Notes under the pieces: model-generated
Told to the model about the DNA's origin: nothing
Seen by the model: only the letters and a program-made list of their open reading frames with translations
Databases searched by the model: none
Assembly (NCBI GenBank): GCA_964016885.1
Contig: OZ024742.1
Span: 110,236,001-110,300,000 of the forward strand
Origin: Eledone cirrhosa
Taxonomy: Eukaryota
Reading direction: 5' to 3'
Length of the DNA: 64,000 bases
In this document: positions 13,754-27,116 of the stretch, piece by piece
Layout of the letters: every line of letters starts with the position of its first letter
How positions within the stretch are numbered: the first letter of the stretch is position 1
Program-made: the position numbers and the translations under genes

Positions 13754-14760
13754 CTTAATTTCGAGTATATTTTTGACCGGCCACCTTCCTGGTGGCAAGG
13801 TGTAAAAGAAAAGAAATTGTCATCCCTTGAATCGCAAGAATGTTTGGCAAATTTTGAAGGTGCCAGCTATCGCAGCCATTTGTAGACTATGAATTAGGGA
13901 GCTGAGCTCTTTGTCCGCAAATCCAAGCTCAGTTATACTTTGGTCCAAGCGGGTTGGTATATAACCCGTAGCTCCAATAATGATGGGTGTGAAGCTAAAG
14001 GTGTATCTTGGATACTGGATTTGTAAACTCCTCATCAATGGTCCGTAGATGTCCTCCTTCTCCTCTATTTTTCTGACAACGTTTACATCAAGTGGGCAGC
14101 TGATCTCCACAACAGAACACATTTTCAATGTGTGGTTCCAAACAACAATATCAGGCCGGTTGTGCTTTAATTTGGTGGCAGTTTTTATTTTCAGGTTCCA
14201 CCAGTATGCCTTAGTGCCATCTGTCTCAATATATTCTTCCTCGTTTGTTGTTAATTTTGTTTTCCGAAGTGCGTCCCAGATGGTTCTAGCTATCCCATCG
14301 TGTCTCATGGGGAGGTAGTAGCGAGATGACATTCTTTCGCAGCTGGCAACAATGTGGCTTACATCTTCGATCTTTGTTTCACATAGCCTACATTTATTGT
14401 CAGCTGATGGCCCTCCTCTTTTGTGCAGCAGATATTTGGTAGGGAGTTCTTGTTCCTGTATTGCATAGAGATATCCCTCAAGATGTGATGTCATAACCTG
14501 TCGGAACTCCATGCCAGGCTTTTTGAGTGGTTTATCTCCTCTATGGTCTGTGTTTTACGTCTCAAGTATCCATGTACAACTTTTTCTGTAAATTGATCAA
14601 TTTTTTCATCTTGTTAGAATAGGATCTTCCGATTTCTCTGGGTGAGAGATTTATATCAGGCTTTATTCCATATCTCTCCTCCAGATCAGTGGCTATCCTA
14701 ATGATATTTTTGCTCATAAACCTGGGCAAGATGATTGCCAACCCTTTTCCTCTGTTGAAG
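13754..14760 (-). mobile_element. 5'-truncated R4-like RLE-LINE inserted in (TATG)n
   Basis: ORF 13820-14512 has CRLC..HIVASC, RHD, RPDIV..VEISCP. (TATG)n on both sides. Confidence 0.85.
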
Positions 14761-14851
14761 ATGTATGTATGTATGTATGTATGTATGTATGTATGTATGT
14801 ATGTATGTATGTATGTATGTATGTATGTATGTATGTATGTATGTATGTATG

Positions 14852-17800
14852 TTCTTCTGGTTTTATAATTTCACAAAGTTTTACCAAGAGAGAGAGAGAG
14901 TCGGTTTCTAACATAGACACAAGACTCTCTCATTGGAATTTACACAACATCAACTATGTATGTATGTATGTATGTATGTATGTATGTATGTATGTATGTA
15001 TGTATGTATGTATGTATGTATGTATGTATGTATGTATGTATGTATGTATGTATGTATGTATGTATGTATGTATGTATGCATGTGTAGATATGGATGTTAT
15101 TGTATGTGTGGATGTGGATGTTTTGAGTTGTATGTGTGCATGTGTATATGCTTTGCATCTGTATACGTGTATATGCAGTTATTAGATGCAAAATATTTGG
15201 AATGTCTTACATATTTTTTACAGTTCCATTAATGGATTGTAATTGTAATTTCCTAACTAGTTTGTTCTTTCTGTTCCTGTGAAGCCCAGCTTCTCAAGAT
15301 TTGTATTGAGGCAGTTACTAACATATCCCAGTACCCCAATAATCACAGGCATAAATCTGAAGGTGTAATCAGGTTGGAGTATCTGCAGATTTCTCATCAG
15401 TTCTGCATAAATATTCTCCTTTTCACTAATCTTTGATATTATATTGGCATCTGCTGGGCAGCTAATTTCCACTGCTGTGCATACTTTCTTCTCCCTGCCC
15501 CATATCATAATATCTGGTCTGTATGCCTGCATTTTATTGGGGTTTTTACTGGAACATTCCACCAGTACTCTTTCATATTATGTACATGGATGTCTTCCAC
15601 ATTGCTGTAGCTTTTAATGTGTTTATTATCGTGGGCTATCTTTTTTTACGAACTGCATGGTACAGCGTTTTGACCACTACATCATGCCTCATAGGTAGAT
15701 AGTACCGCGATGACATCTTTGGACAGCTGCTGATGACATGGGTGATATCATCCATGTTAGTTCTGCAGAGTCTGCACTTGTTATCACATCTAGGTGTTTT
15801 GCCTGCATCCCTATCTCTTTTGTGAATCAGGTATTTCGTGCTAATCTCCTGTTCCTGGATTGCAAAAGCGTATCCTTCAAAGTGGGAGCCAATATAGCAG
15901 TTGTTGGTCCAAGATAGACTACTTTCCTTATCTATATTACTCTCACTCTGGAGCTTCCTGGCAACATATCCATGCATGATTTTTTGTTGATAGGCATGGA
16001 TTCACTGCGATACTGCTGAGCGACATCCCTGGGTGTGAGTTTTTGATTATCACACAGGGAATATCTCTTGAGGAGTTCCTTCCCAACTCTCATGATCTTA
16101 TCTGTTTCATGCAGATAGACTTGCTCGAGAAACGGGCTCCTACGCTTCGAGGTTCGTAGATGTTGTCGGAGAGATATGATGCGACATTCAAATGTTGTCT
16201 GGACTGATGTTAGGCCTCTGCCTCCCTGCTCATATTTCAAGTAAAGGCGGTCTATGTCACTGTTGATGTGGAAGTTTCCGGTGTTGTTCAGTATTTTTCG
16301 AGTTCCAACATCAACTGCTCGGATTTCGTCTATCGTCCAATTGAGTATTCCAGACGTTGGTGTTAGGACAGGCACAGCAAACACATTGTGAGCCACTGTT
16401 TTGTTTTGCGCAGAGAGTTCCGATGACCAGATCTTTCTTAATCGGGTGTAGTATTCCTTGGTTACGCGTTCTTTATTACAGATACCATTATAGGATATGT
16501 TCTCCTCTATCCCCAGTTATCTGTAGCAGTCCTCATCAGATATCGGTGAAACAGTTAGGCCATTGATGATAATGTTGCTAGATTGGGTTGTTGTTTTTCC
16601 CCGCTTTACAGTCATATATGAGCATTTATCTTGGCAAAAATCCATTCCTATATCCTTTGAGAACGTTGTAACCAGGTCAAGATTTTTTTTCATCCCATCC
16701 ATGTTCTTGGCATAGAGTTTCAGATCATCCACAAAGAAATTATGGGTTAGGTACGTATTTTTGTCCTCCTGTGAGCCAATGATGTATCCCTCACATTTCT
16801 TGAGCAGAAAGGACAAGGGGTTTAATGACAAGATGAATAATATCACAGAGAGACTGTCCCCCTGAAATATACCCCTGCAATATTTTATTTTATCAGTGAA
16901 AATAGAGTCCTCCCTCTCTGTCTTTAACCTTAGGATAGTAGCCCAAGAAGAAGACAGCCTCTCTATGGCTCTGATAATAATATCTGGGACTTTAGCAAGT
17001 TGGAGGGCCTCTATCATCCAAGAGTGGGGAACAGAATCCAAAGCTTTCCTGTAGTCCAGCCAGACTGTAGCCATATTCCTCCTAAGTTGTCGCACCTCCG
17101 ACATCGCAGTTTTGTTGATTAGGATTTATTCAGCTCATCCCAAACCCCTTTCTTTCCAGCTGCTTGTTCATCTGTGATGATGTTATTATTTTCACAGTGA
17201 TCTTGGAGGAATAGGTTCAGGCAGGCTGTATATATCTTATACATCAGGTTCTGGCATGCAATGGGTCGGTAGTTTTTTGCCAAGTGGGTGTCTTTGTTCT
17301 TGGGGACCAGTAATGTTTGTGCTAATGTCAACCATTCTGGTATAAGTGTATCTCCCTTAAGAACTTGTTATTAGAGGTCAGTAAGATACCTCCGATAGAA
17401 TATCAGTTTTGTGTACCAGTAGCCGATAATCATGTCTCTTCCTGGTGTTTTCTTATCTTGGTATTTCCTATCACAGTCTCAAGGGTATCCTCACTTATTT
17501 CGTATGTTTTTGTTGTAGTGTAGGAGCAATAGTTCTTTTGGATTTCTTTTAGCCACACTGCATATTGGTTGAAATTCTTCTTTTCACCCCATATTTTTCT
17601 TGTCTTTCTGGGATGGGGCCTCAGTGACACTTATTATTTTGCCCTTCATATCTCTATAGACTGATGTTTGGTTTCGTCTGAATCTTTTATTAAGCACTTT
17701 TCTTTCAGCTACCTTCTTCAGGTATCGGCGTTTTTCGCTAACAGCTCTCAATTCTTGTTTGAGGGTGATCAGCTTATATTGAAGAGTTCTAGTTCTACTG

Positions 17801-19011
17801 TTACCAAACATCGTCTCTATTTTATTTTTCACTCTTTGTTGGTGAGGAGTGAGGTTTTTTTGTGTTTGTTTGCATGTAAGGAGCAATGTCACATATCCTA
17901 TGTTTTTTCGTAGGTCAGCAATCTTTTTTTCTATTTTAGTTATATATGATGGTATTTTTGGTGATGTTTTGTTCTTGTTAATATCTCTGCTATCACCAAG
18001 ATAATGCTTCACTGTCATTGCTAAGGCATATAAACAGGCGTTGATTTGCCAAAATGTTGGCGTTTTTATCAGTCGTAAATATTCATCCCCTATTTCGTCA
18101 ATAACACGTAATATTTCATTATTTGGTTTTTTATTCAACATTGTCGTTTAACACGTTCAGCAAGAGAGATATTTATACATGAGTTAATTTCTCTCTGGAA
18201 TATTTCATTGAGGGAAATTTTCAATTGTTTATACTTTTGATTATCATTATCGATAGTATTTTCCACAACAGTCGAGGTAGACTCGGATGGTACACGTGGT
18301 GTGAAATTTCTTCGATTATTATTATTATCGATAGTGTTTTCCCCAGCATTCGAGGTAGACTTAGATGGTACAGGTGGTGTCAAGTTTCTTACAGGCATAG
18401 TTGTTTCAAGACGCTGTTCGACCTGGCTGCTAGGAAGTCTAGTAGCATGGCGACCTGTAGCACGTGTTGTTGATAACATGTTTGTTGTGGGGGACTTACA
18501 ATTAATAATATTTATCTTATTTTTACGTTCAACAAACGTCGCTTGTTGGCGTAATTGTTTCGCTGTGAAATAATTTAGCTCTGGGTGCATTTCGTCCCAG
18601 TGTAGCTTCATTCTATTCATATAGCCAATGGAGGGATTGTTTTTGCCATTTTATAACAATTAAATAAATCATTATTAAGTTCGCAACTCCAAGAGAAATG
18701 CGATTTATAATTTCGTTTTTTTCTGTAGCTACAACTGAATAAAGTTTGATTGTCTTCCTTGTTATTTGTCTTCGATACTTCCTTAATTTTTTTTGTTGAT
18801 GTTTGTAGCAAATCCTTGTAAAATGAATTATGTATTTAGTCGGATATCTCTACGAATTCGAATAAAAGGTGTCTTCAGAAGGGATAGTTAGAAGAATAAC
18901 CAGTTATTCAACCTGGCTGTAGTTGTGACATTACTGTCGGAGATAGTATTCATCTTAAATTTAATAAATAGTCTCCCACGCCAAAATATGCGACTGATCG
19001 CGTTGACTGTC
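14852..19011 (-). mobile_element. Near full-length, frameshifted R4-like RLE-LINE (second subfamily) in (TATG)n
   Basis: Consecutive minus-strand ORF pieces: N-terminal W..ELN..L..CY and LHWDEMHPEL..QLRQQA, then NYRPIAC, GIFQGDSLS, FFVDDLKL, CRLC..HVISSC, RHD, RPDIM..VEISCP. The 3' UTR appears to contain a CATA tract, so the 3' end is probably 14852. Confidence 0.85.
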
Positions 19012-19168
19012 TATGTATGTATGTATGTATGTATGTATGTATGTATGTATGTATGTATGTATGTATGTATGTATGTATGCATGTATGTATGTATGTATGT
19101 ATGTATGTATGTATGTATGTATGTATGTATGTATGTATGTATGTATGTATGTATGTATGTATGTATGT

Positions 19169-19718
19169 CTCATGGTTGGGTCGTTGGCGACTAAACTGGC
19201 AACCCCACCAAGGTTTCTTGGTGAGGAGGGTGACTTTGGACATCCTGCAGGACTAAAAACAAAACCTGTCAAAGGAGCTCTTAAGAGTCAATGGCCATCC
19301 AAAATCACCGGGAGAGATGACCCCTTAGCCTTTGTCAAGGCAGAATTCTAGGAGAAGGAAAACTCTGATATAACACCTGCAACTCTGATGGTATCCAATG
19401 ATGTCGACTTGTTCTTCTTTTTGGTAAATATCATCTTGGTTAAGAAAGTGGGACTGGCTTTGTGCAGTGCCTTTGCTCACTATAAAAGCTTCACGGCACA
19501 GGCATTGCTTTATATCTGGAGATCTCTCTGCACTTGTCGTCACATGGTACCATGGGCCCAGCACTATATGTCAATAATTGTCACAAGTGTAGTGTTTGTA
19601 CCAGAGTTTTCAAGTCGCTGGCTGGACTAACAAGTCACACTCGTTCAGCGCATCGGTAGGAGTTCTCCTACATGGATATAAAGTAGTGACCGTACTCGAA
19701 AACGAGTTGGCAGCCACC
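19169..19718 (+). mobile_element. Internally deleted RTE-like element (5' UTR-like part + 3' end) with (ATGT)n tail
   Basis: CTAGGAGAAGGAAAACTCTGA resembles RTE 5' UTRs. 19582-19659 encodes HKCSVCTRVFKSLAGLTSHTRSAHR*, the C-terminal C2H2 finger of RTE ORFs. 3' hairpin CTCG-AAAA-CGAG. Confidence 0.6.
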
Positions 19719-19820
19719 ATGTATGTATGTATGTATGTATGTATGTATGTATGTATGTATGTATGTATGTATGTATGTATGTATGTATGTATGTATGTAT
19801 GTATGTATGTGTGTGTATGT

Positions 19821-19881
19821 TATTCACTTTCTTTTAATTTCGAGTATATTATTGACCGGCTACCTTCTTGGTGGCAAGGTT
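19821..19881 (-). mobile_element. ~60-bp 3' terminus of the 13754-type R4-like LINE
   Basis: Matches 13754-13803; TATG on both sides. Confidence 0.8.
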
Positions 19882-19950
19882 GTATGTATGTATGTATGTA
19901 TGTATGTATGTATGTATGTATGTATGTATGTATGTATGTATGTATGTATG

Positions 19951-20253
19951 TTCTCTCTTTTTCTTAATTTCGAGTATATTTTTGACCGGCCACCTTCCTG
20001 GTGGCAAGGTTGTAAAAGAAAAGAAATTGTCATCCCTTGAATCGCAAGAATGCTTTGCAAATTTTGAGGGTGCCAGATATTGCGGCCAATTGTAGTGTAT
20101 GAATTAGGGAGCTGCGCACTTTGCCCACAAATCCGTGTTCAGTTATACTTTGGTCCAAACGAGTTGGTATATACCCTGTAGCTCCAATAATAATGGGTAT
20201 GAAGCTGAACGTGTATCTTGGATACTGGATCTGCAAACTCTTCATCAATGGGC
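19951..20253 (-). mobile_element. ~300-bp 3' fragment of the 13754-type R4-like LINE
   Basis: SPLMKSLQIQYPRYTFSFIPIIIGATGY..FLRFKG is highly similar to the 13820 ORF end; TATG-flanked. Confidence 0.85.
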
Positions 20254-20599
20254 TGTATGTATGTATGTATGTATGTATGTATGTATGTATGTATGTATGT
20301 ATGTATGTATGTATGTATGTATGTATGTATAACAAGAACAACAACAGCATCAAAACGATAAAAAGTCAAACAACAACAACATTAACTGCCATCACCACCA
20401 CTCAATCAAATCGATCAACGAACACCAACATCTGCAACAACAACAACATCAAAACGAACACCAACACCAATATCTACAACAACAGCATCAAAACGAACAA
20501 CACCAACATCTACAACAACAGCAGCATCAAAACTAAAAAACAAAACAACATCAACTGCCACCACTAGTTGCGGATATTCGGAGAGTGGTACTTGCATTG

Positions 20600-22020
20600 T
20601 ACAAGCGTTTACCACTATAATATACTCATGTACAGATGTCTCCTACATTTTTCTTCGTCTATCCTATTTCTGAAATACTGCACCCTGAGCTTACTTTGCC
20701 TCACTCGAGCAGAATAAGAATAAAGCAAAATGCAAAAGAAATACGCGAAAGATATAGTCAAACTGAACATTTGTTGCTGGAACGTTAGGACATTCCTAGA
20801 CAGAAACTCATCTGAACGTCCGGAGCGTAGAACTGCACTTGTGACAAAAGAACTCAGAAGATTGAACATAGACATAGCAGCTTTATCTGAAACACATTTA
20901 GCGGGAGAAGATCAATTAACAGAAGTAACATCAGGCTTCTCTCTTTTTGGGGTAGATAAACCCATAGCTGAACGGAGAGAGGGTGGTGTTGGCTTCGCCA
21001 TTAGAACGTCCCTGCTTAATCGAATGTCCTACTGGACTGGTGTAACCGATCGCGTTATGAAGCTTCGTATTCCACTGAGACATGGCCGTTATGTAACACT
21101 TTTATCTGTTTATGCACCAACCCTACAGGCCAGTGAGGTGATCCTTGATTCTTTCTATGAGTCTCTTCGTGCTGTTATTGCATGTACACCTGCTGACAAT
21201 AAATTATTACTTCTAGGTGATTTTAATGCTTGTGTGGGTAGTGATCACATGACGTGGGGCACCCTCGGTCCATTTGGTATTGGCAAAATGAATACCAGCG
21301 ACCTGAGGTTGCTTGAACTCTGCTCAGTACTCAACTTAACCATCTGCAACACTCCTTTTCACCAGAAGCTCAAATATAAAGCTACCTGGTATCATCCAAG
21401 ATCCAAGCATCGACACATGATTGATTTCATCATCACTTGTAAACGAGATCTAAGTGATGTGTGTACAGTGCGTGTGTTGTGTAGTGCAGAATGTGGCACT
21501 GACCACAAATTAGTACGAGGATTGAACTTTCAGTAGCTAATTGATATTAGGATTAGAATTCGTATGAGTGGAGTGAAAGTACCGAAACGCATTGATGTCA
21601 CCAAACTGAGGCAAGCAGATGTGAGTGCAACCCTAAGTGAAAAACTTGATGGTCTTGATTTTGAAGGCACCTGGGAAAACTTTAGAGATTAAGTTTACTC
21701 AGTGGGAGCTGAGGTACTTGACTTCAGAACCAAGAAACACCATAACTGGTTCGATGACAACAATCCTAATATCAATTAGCTACTGAAAACCAAGCACACT
21801 CTCTATGAAAAGCTCCTGAATCAGAATCCCGTAGCACAACCAGCTGTCAGGAAAGCCTACAAAGATCACAAGGCAACGCTGCAACGTAAACTCCGCAGGA
21901 TACAAAATGAGTGGTGGAGTAATATCTCTTCGGAAATCCAACAGGTTTTTAACACCAAAGATTCGAAGTCATTTTGCTCATTGACAGGCCAAGTTTTCGG
22001 CCCACCAACATCCTCAGCAG
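20600..22020 (+). mobile_element. RTE/BovB-like LINE, 5' portion (APE endonuclease ORF 20730-21536, then degraded)
   Basis: CWNVRT..RPERRTALV..L.RLNIDIAALSET, SVYAPT, LGDFNA, HMIDFII, TDHKLV. Confidence 0.85.
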
Positions 22021-22059
22021 CATACATCAATACATATAAAACATCTCGAAATAAATATA

Positions 22060-22770
22060 TATATAACATATCGTTGACCTGGTGCTCTAAATCACGAGAA
22101 AAAATTAAGGCAGATTTAGAAAAAGACAGAAGCGATACTATTCAAACTTAACTTTTCTTGGGAGACTTTAACCATTCCAATGTCAGAAATCTCACTGAAT
22201 GAACAAATACAAGCAGAAATTTTGCTCGACATCTCCACACAAGGATTATAGCTAGTCAGGTTCTCTGCCTCACAAGTAACGTAACACGGAACTTATCCAT
22301 AAGGTGAAAAGGGCTCTGATGATTCTAACAGACCACATCATAGTAGAGATTTCAATGAATGGTCCGAGGGATATGCATATAGACCGTGCGGAAAGCACTC
22401 GAAGTCTATCGGGTCTGAACTTTAATAAAGCTAACAGGAAATTGATTCAGGAAGAGATATCATACAGAACAGGCCAAAAGTCACTATATACAAGAAAATG
22501 ACATTGAACTTAAGAATTGTATATCAATAATGCAACCCATTTGCAGGAAAAATGTGTCAGAGGAAAGACCAGCACACGCAAACATGTAATTCCCAGAGAA
22601 CGAAATGCTGTGATGAGATGAAAAAGAAAGATCTCTAATCGCTTAAATAAACGATTAAAAGACGATTAAAAGTCCCAAAGGACACACGGAGACAACATAT
22701 TACAGGATCATCAATTACCAGAAAGCTCACTGAATGTAGAAGGGTGTTTTTATTAATATGGGTATTACAA
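22060..22770 (+). mobile_element. Highly degraded CR1/L2-like LINE remnant
   Basis: LGDFNHS, TDHIIVEI and FNKAN motifs in broken frames. Confidence 0.4.
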
Positions 22771-22936
22771 TACATTATTACGCATAAACATGTACACAAG
22801 TATACCTACCATTTATTACATACAATTGTGTTTTCTATAATTTAGTATTTTATTTCATGATGAACATCCTGGTAAATGCCATGAGTGACACTCCCTCAAA
22901 TCGGTACTGCATAAACAAATACCTACACATGTGCAG

Positions 22937-23670
22937 AAAATACGAATTAGACATTATGTTACCTTGGTAAAATTTATTATTCCTAATATATTTCGGATTA
23001 CCATCCATTATCAAAGAATTCATTAGGAACACACAGACACACGCGCACACAGACACACGCGTGCACACACACACACACACGCGTGCACACACATACGCGT
23101 GCACACACACACGCGTGCACACACACACGCGTGCACACACACACACACACACACACATTTTGACTTAACTCTTGACTATCAGGGGTTTCAAGACGAAGAT
23201 ATCTAAATCATTAGGTTTATTTCAGAAAAGTAAAATAAAATGGAGATTGGCGTTTGGGGTTATGCAGCTAAGGGCTATCATTGGCCCGTTAAGGTCACGT
23301 AGGGGTGTTAATGAGTCAGCGACAGCATGAGAAAGTTTGCGTCTCGGTGGCACCATTATTATCAATGAAATCTAGCGGCATTAAGCATGCGTCAGTGAGT
23401 CTGGTAGCTCCGCGTATCCTGTGTCATTGGCGGGTTCAAAGGTCAGTTGATATATATGGTGACTTTCGGTACGCCTGATGTTTGTATTTCTACGGTATTT
23501 GTGCTGTGTGGTTGTGTGGATAATCTTGACTAGGCTACACACAGGCTTAGAAAGGTCCTCTCCGATATTCTCCGAGGTTCCTAATGAATCTTTTGACAAT
23601 GGATGGTATTCCGAAATATATTGGGAATAATAAATTTTACCAAGGTAACATAATGTCTAATTCGTATTTT
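22937..23670. mobile_element. Inverted-repeat element with U3-A8 hammerhead in both arms
   Basis: ~94-bp arms (22937-23030 / 23577-23670). tctt-TTGACAA-t-gga-tggtat-tcc-GAAA-TATA-TT-ggga at 23589-23626 (+) and its mirror at 22981-23018 (-). Confidence 0.6.
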
Positions 23671-24078
23671 CTTCTTCACTCCTTCTTTGCACTCAACTTC
23701 ACCCCTTTCATTCCTAATTCAATTTGGTTATTTCAATATCTACAACCACATCTGCATTGTAGCGACCCCCCCCCCCCCACACACACATGTGTTTTAGAAC
23801 TATATATTGGTAATGTAATGTAAGTAATATTTTAATGTTTGTTGGTTCTATAATTTTTGCAAAACATTAAAAATGGTGTATCCATAACATTATCTGTATG
23901 AAGGCGGTCTTTTTTTTTTTTCGCTAAATTTACATAACATTATCTGTATGAAAGCGCCAAAGTATTTTCACGCCAAATTTACATTGAGTGGTTCTGGAGC
24001 AGCGATCCGATATTTTCCATATCGATATAAATTCATTTGTGTGTGTATGTATATATATAAATATATATATATATATAT

Positions 24079-24454
24079 ACGATATTAACAAATGGAAACT
24101 ATATTTATAAAACCATATTTATTTCATTATACATATTTCAAGGACACCAAGTTAAATTATGGTGTGCTTTCATCAGATAAAATATAATATAGAGCTTCCA
24201 ACTGTAATGGTTGCATTCTTTAAGGGTATGTCAATATTTATTTATAAAACTGCTCTATATTATATTTTATCTGATGAAAGCACACCATAATTTAACTTGG
24301 TGTCCTTGAAATATGTATAATGAAATAAATATGGTTTTATAAATATAGTTTCCATTTGTTAATATCGTATTTTTACTCCAATTATTTGTTGAGTGCTTTA
24401 TATCAGTTATAAAAATATTTGCTTGTTGTATCCCAACAATTTAAATAGAACTTC

Positions 24455-24458
<4 letters not shown>
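24079..24458 (+). mobile_element. Family B hammerhead element with ~116-bp inverted 5' arm
   Basis: Arms 24080-24195 / 24252-24367; (TA)n on both sides. Confidence 0.8.
24263..24327 (+). ncRNA. Type-I hammerhead ribozyme (mirror copy 24120-24184, - strand)
   Basis: Stem I TATTTTAT/ATGAAATA; CTGATGA; stem II aagcacacca..tggtgtcctt; GAAA; quasi-palindromic stem III ATATGTAT; AUA site. Confidence 0.75.
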
Positions 24459-24529
<71 letters not shown>

Positions 24530-24532
<3 letters not shown>

Positions 24533-24705
24533 AACCAGTAAGACCCCGACAGCTGAGCTCAAGCCGTTTCGACGGCTAATTCTGTCGAAACGGCTTGAGC
24601 TCAGTTGTCGGGGTCTTACTGGTTCCTATTACCCACTCTACTACCTCAAGTATTGAGTACTTTGGTGCGTTATGGTCCACCTGGTTCCTTACCACATTTC
24701 CTTCG

Positions 24706-24707
<2 letters not shown>
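24530..24707 (+). mobile_element. Family C fold-back element with hammerhead 3' half
   Basis: Inverted repeat of ~45 bp; GAAACGGCT-tgagctc-AGTTGTC. A related fragment lies at 62647-62696 (-). Confidence 0.65.
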
Positions 24708-24750
<43 letters not shown>

Positions 24751-24769
24751 TGTGTGTGTGTGCGTATAT

Positions 24770-26330
24770 ACATCATCCGACTATTCTGCGGAGGGCCAAC
24801 ACCCGCCAAGAACAACAATTACCCTATTACGAAACCGACCAGAAGAAACCAGACTGCTCAACATCGCAACGGACACCTTCACGCCCTTGCCCAACAAGAA
24901 ATTGACTTAGGCTACAAAATTCGTGTGCCGCATGGAATCTCTTGTCACTCCTTCGCCCCTGGCAACCACTCTGCTGTCCAGAGAGCTATCTACTACAACA
25001 TCACATTAACGGCACACTGCGAGACATACTGGTCTGGCAGCGGCGAATTAATCACGGGAGACCACTGCCTCATCTCCAGTAGCCCAGGGAACCGCACGGG
25101 CCTCTGTAGCGTAGCACTCGCCATGCCAAAGCACATCTGCAAGTCGCTCATGAGCTGGAACCCAGTGAGTGACCGTTTGCTGTTCGCCCGTTTCTCAACC
25201 GGCACGGGAAGATGACTATCGTCGTTGCCTATATCCATAAAGACGCCGCAGAGGACATTGTCAAGAACGACTAGTACAACCAGATCCAACAGGCTTTAGG
25301 ACAAATCCCATTTCATGAGATCACGTTCATCAACGGACGCCAATACTACCATCTCCTCTTCCGTCAGGTTCCCTCCAACCGACCCATTGCAGACTCAGCC
25401 CTTTGGGACAGCCTTCGCTGACCCATCCACCAATGACAACAGTAATCGCCTGCTGCTTCTGTGCTACTACAACAATCTCTATCGCCGACACCTGATTCTC
25501 CCACAAGCTCATCCATCACTGGGCTTGGTAAAGTCCGGACGGCTACACCCGGAAGGCGATCGTCCACATCGTCATCTCCCGCCGCTGGAGGTCGATTGCC
25601 ATCAACTGCCGGGTCTACAGAGAAGCTCAACTTGGCAATACCAATTGCTGGTTAAAGATGAAGTTGCGGGCGGACCCTGTCACCAAGTACCAGCACCTTG
25701 ACTTATCCTGTCCCCGTGATCCCAACATCACCTCTACATTTGCATGCTCCAACACCAGTCGATTCAGTGCCCTGGCCGAGGACGAGATTGACAACTGGGA
25801 GATCTTGAAATCAAGCGTTGACCAGTCTGCACGTGATGTCCTGGTAAACTTTTCTCAAACGGCCCTGGATTTCACTTCGGACGTGGGAGATAATTAACTG
25901 CCACAGCAATACTCACCTGCACGGCGACATGAGTGAGTGCTGTATACGCAACAAGACCGTTACGGATGACTGGGAGAAGTTTTGGGTGGAAGATGCCTTG
26001 CGCTTGGAGGCTTCAGCAAGGAACAACAACCTCAGCCAGGTTTTCATCACACTCCGCAGAGTCCGTGCCGGTTCCTGGATCAAAACAGCCCTGGTGATGG
26101 ATATTTATGGCAACGTCGTCACCACAGAAACCACATCTCTCAAACGCTGGAAAGAGCACTTCAGCCTTATTCTTCATCACTCACTCCTCCCAATCGATCC
26201 TTGGCTGACCATCACCATAGATACAGCTACATCCAACGACACTTGTAGACTCGATTTTGTCACCCCCGATGAAGTCAGAGCCGCCCTGAATAAGCTCAAC
26301 AAACGCAGGATGTGGCGTTGCTACATGTTT
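24770..26330 (+). mobile_element. Degraded RTE-clade LINE (endonuclease to start of RT)
   Basis: LNIAT, SWNPVSDRLLFARF, RWKEHFS, TPDEVRAALNKLN in broken frames. Confidence 0.75.
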
Positions 26331-26339
26331 CGACACGGT

Positions 26340-26692
26340 GTTAAGAGATTGGCTGAATGACAATTTCTGTTACTGGATTGGAAGACGTGGTCATCTGGAA
26401 TGGTCTCCTTGCTCACGTGACGTTAGCCACCTTGACTCCTTGACTTCTTTTTCTGGTGTATGCTAAAGGGGAAAGTGTAGTCAGTGAAAATCACAGATAC
26501 AAGATACTTGAGGGAAGGCATCATGGATGAATGGAAAGTTAATGCATTGGGTTCAGGGGAACCTCGCTAAACGTATCGAACTTTGCATCACAAATTTTGA
26601 AAATCACATTGAAGATGTTATTAATATCTTAATTGAATTAAATATTGAATTTTTTAATTGAAAAATTAATTTTTCCCACGTGCCCACCCTGC
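26340..26692 (+). mobile_element. 3' remnant of a Tc1/mariner-superfamily transposon
   Basis: WIGRRGHLEWSPCSRD..DFFFWCMLKGKV, similar to WIGRRG..WPPRSPDL..DFFLWG; ends CACCCTG before TA repeats. Confidence 0.65.
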
Positions 26693-26733
26693 ATATATAT
26701 ATAAGTGGTAACACTACAGTTAGTTCACCATAC

Positions 26734-26774
26734 CGAGAACAATCGTTTCACCTTAGCGGATCCTCCTCAGCTCG
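26734..26774 (-). ncRNA. Hammerhead ribozyme motif (partly degenerate stem II)
   Basis: cgag-CTGAGGA-ggatccgctaaggt-GAAA-CGATTG-TT-ctcg. Confidence 0.55.
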
Positions 26775-26839
26775 TACCACTTCTACCTAACTCGTCCCAT
26801 GGACTGAGTGCTCTACCACTACGGATATTACCTTCCAGT

Positions 26840-27084
<245 letters not shown>

Positions 27085-27116
27085 CCATATAATAAAAGAT
27101 CTACATGGCTGAATAC

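Noticed and set aside
19169-19260. HDV-like ribozyme in the RTE-like 5' end
   Set aside because: Known for RTE elements, but I could not fold the nested double pseudoknot by eye.
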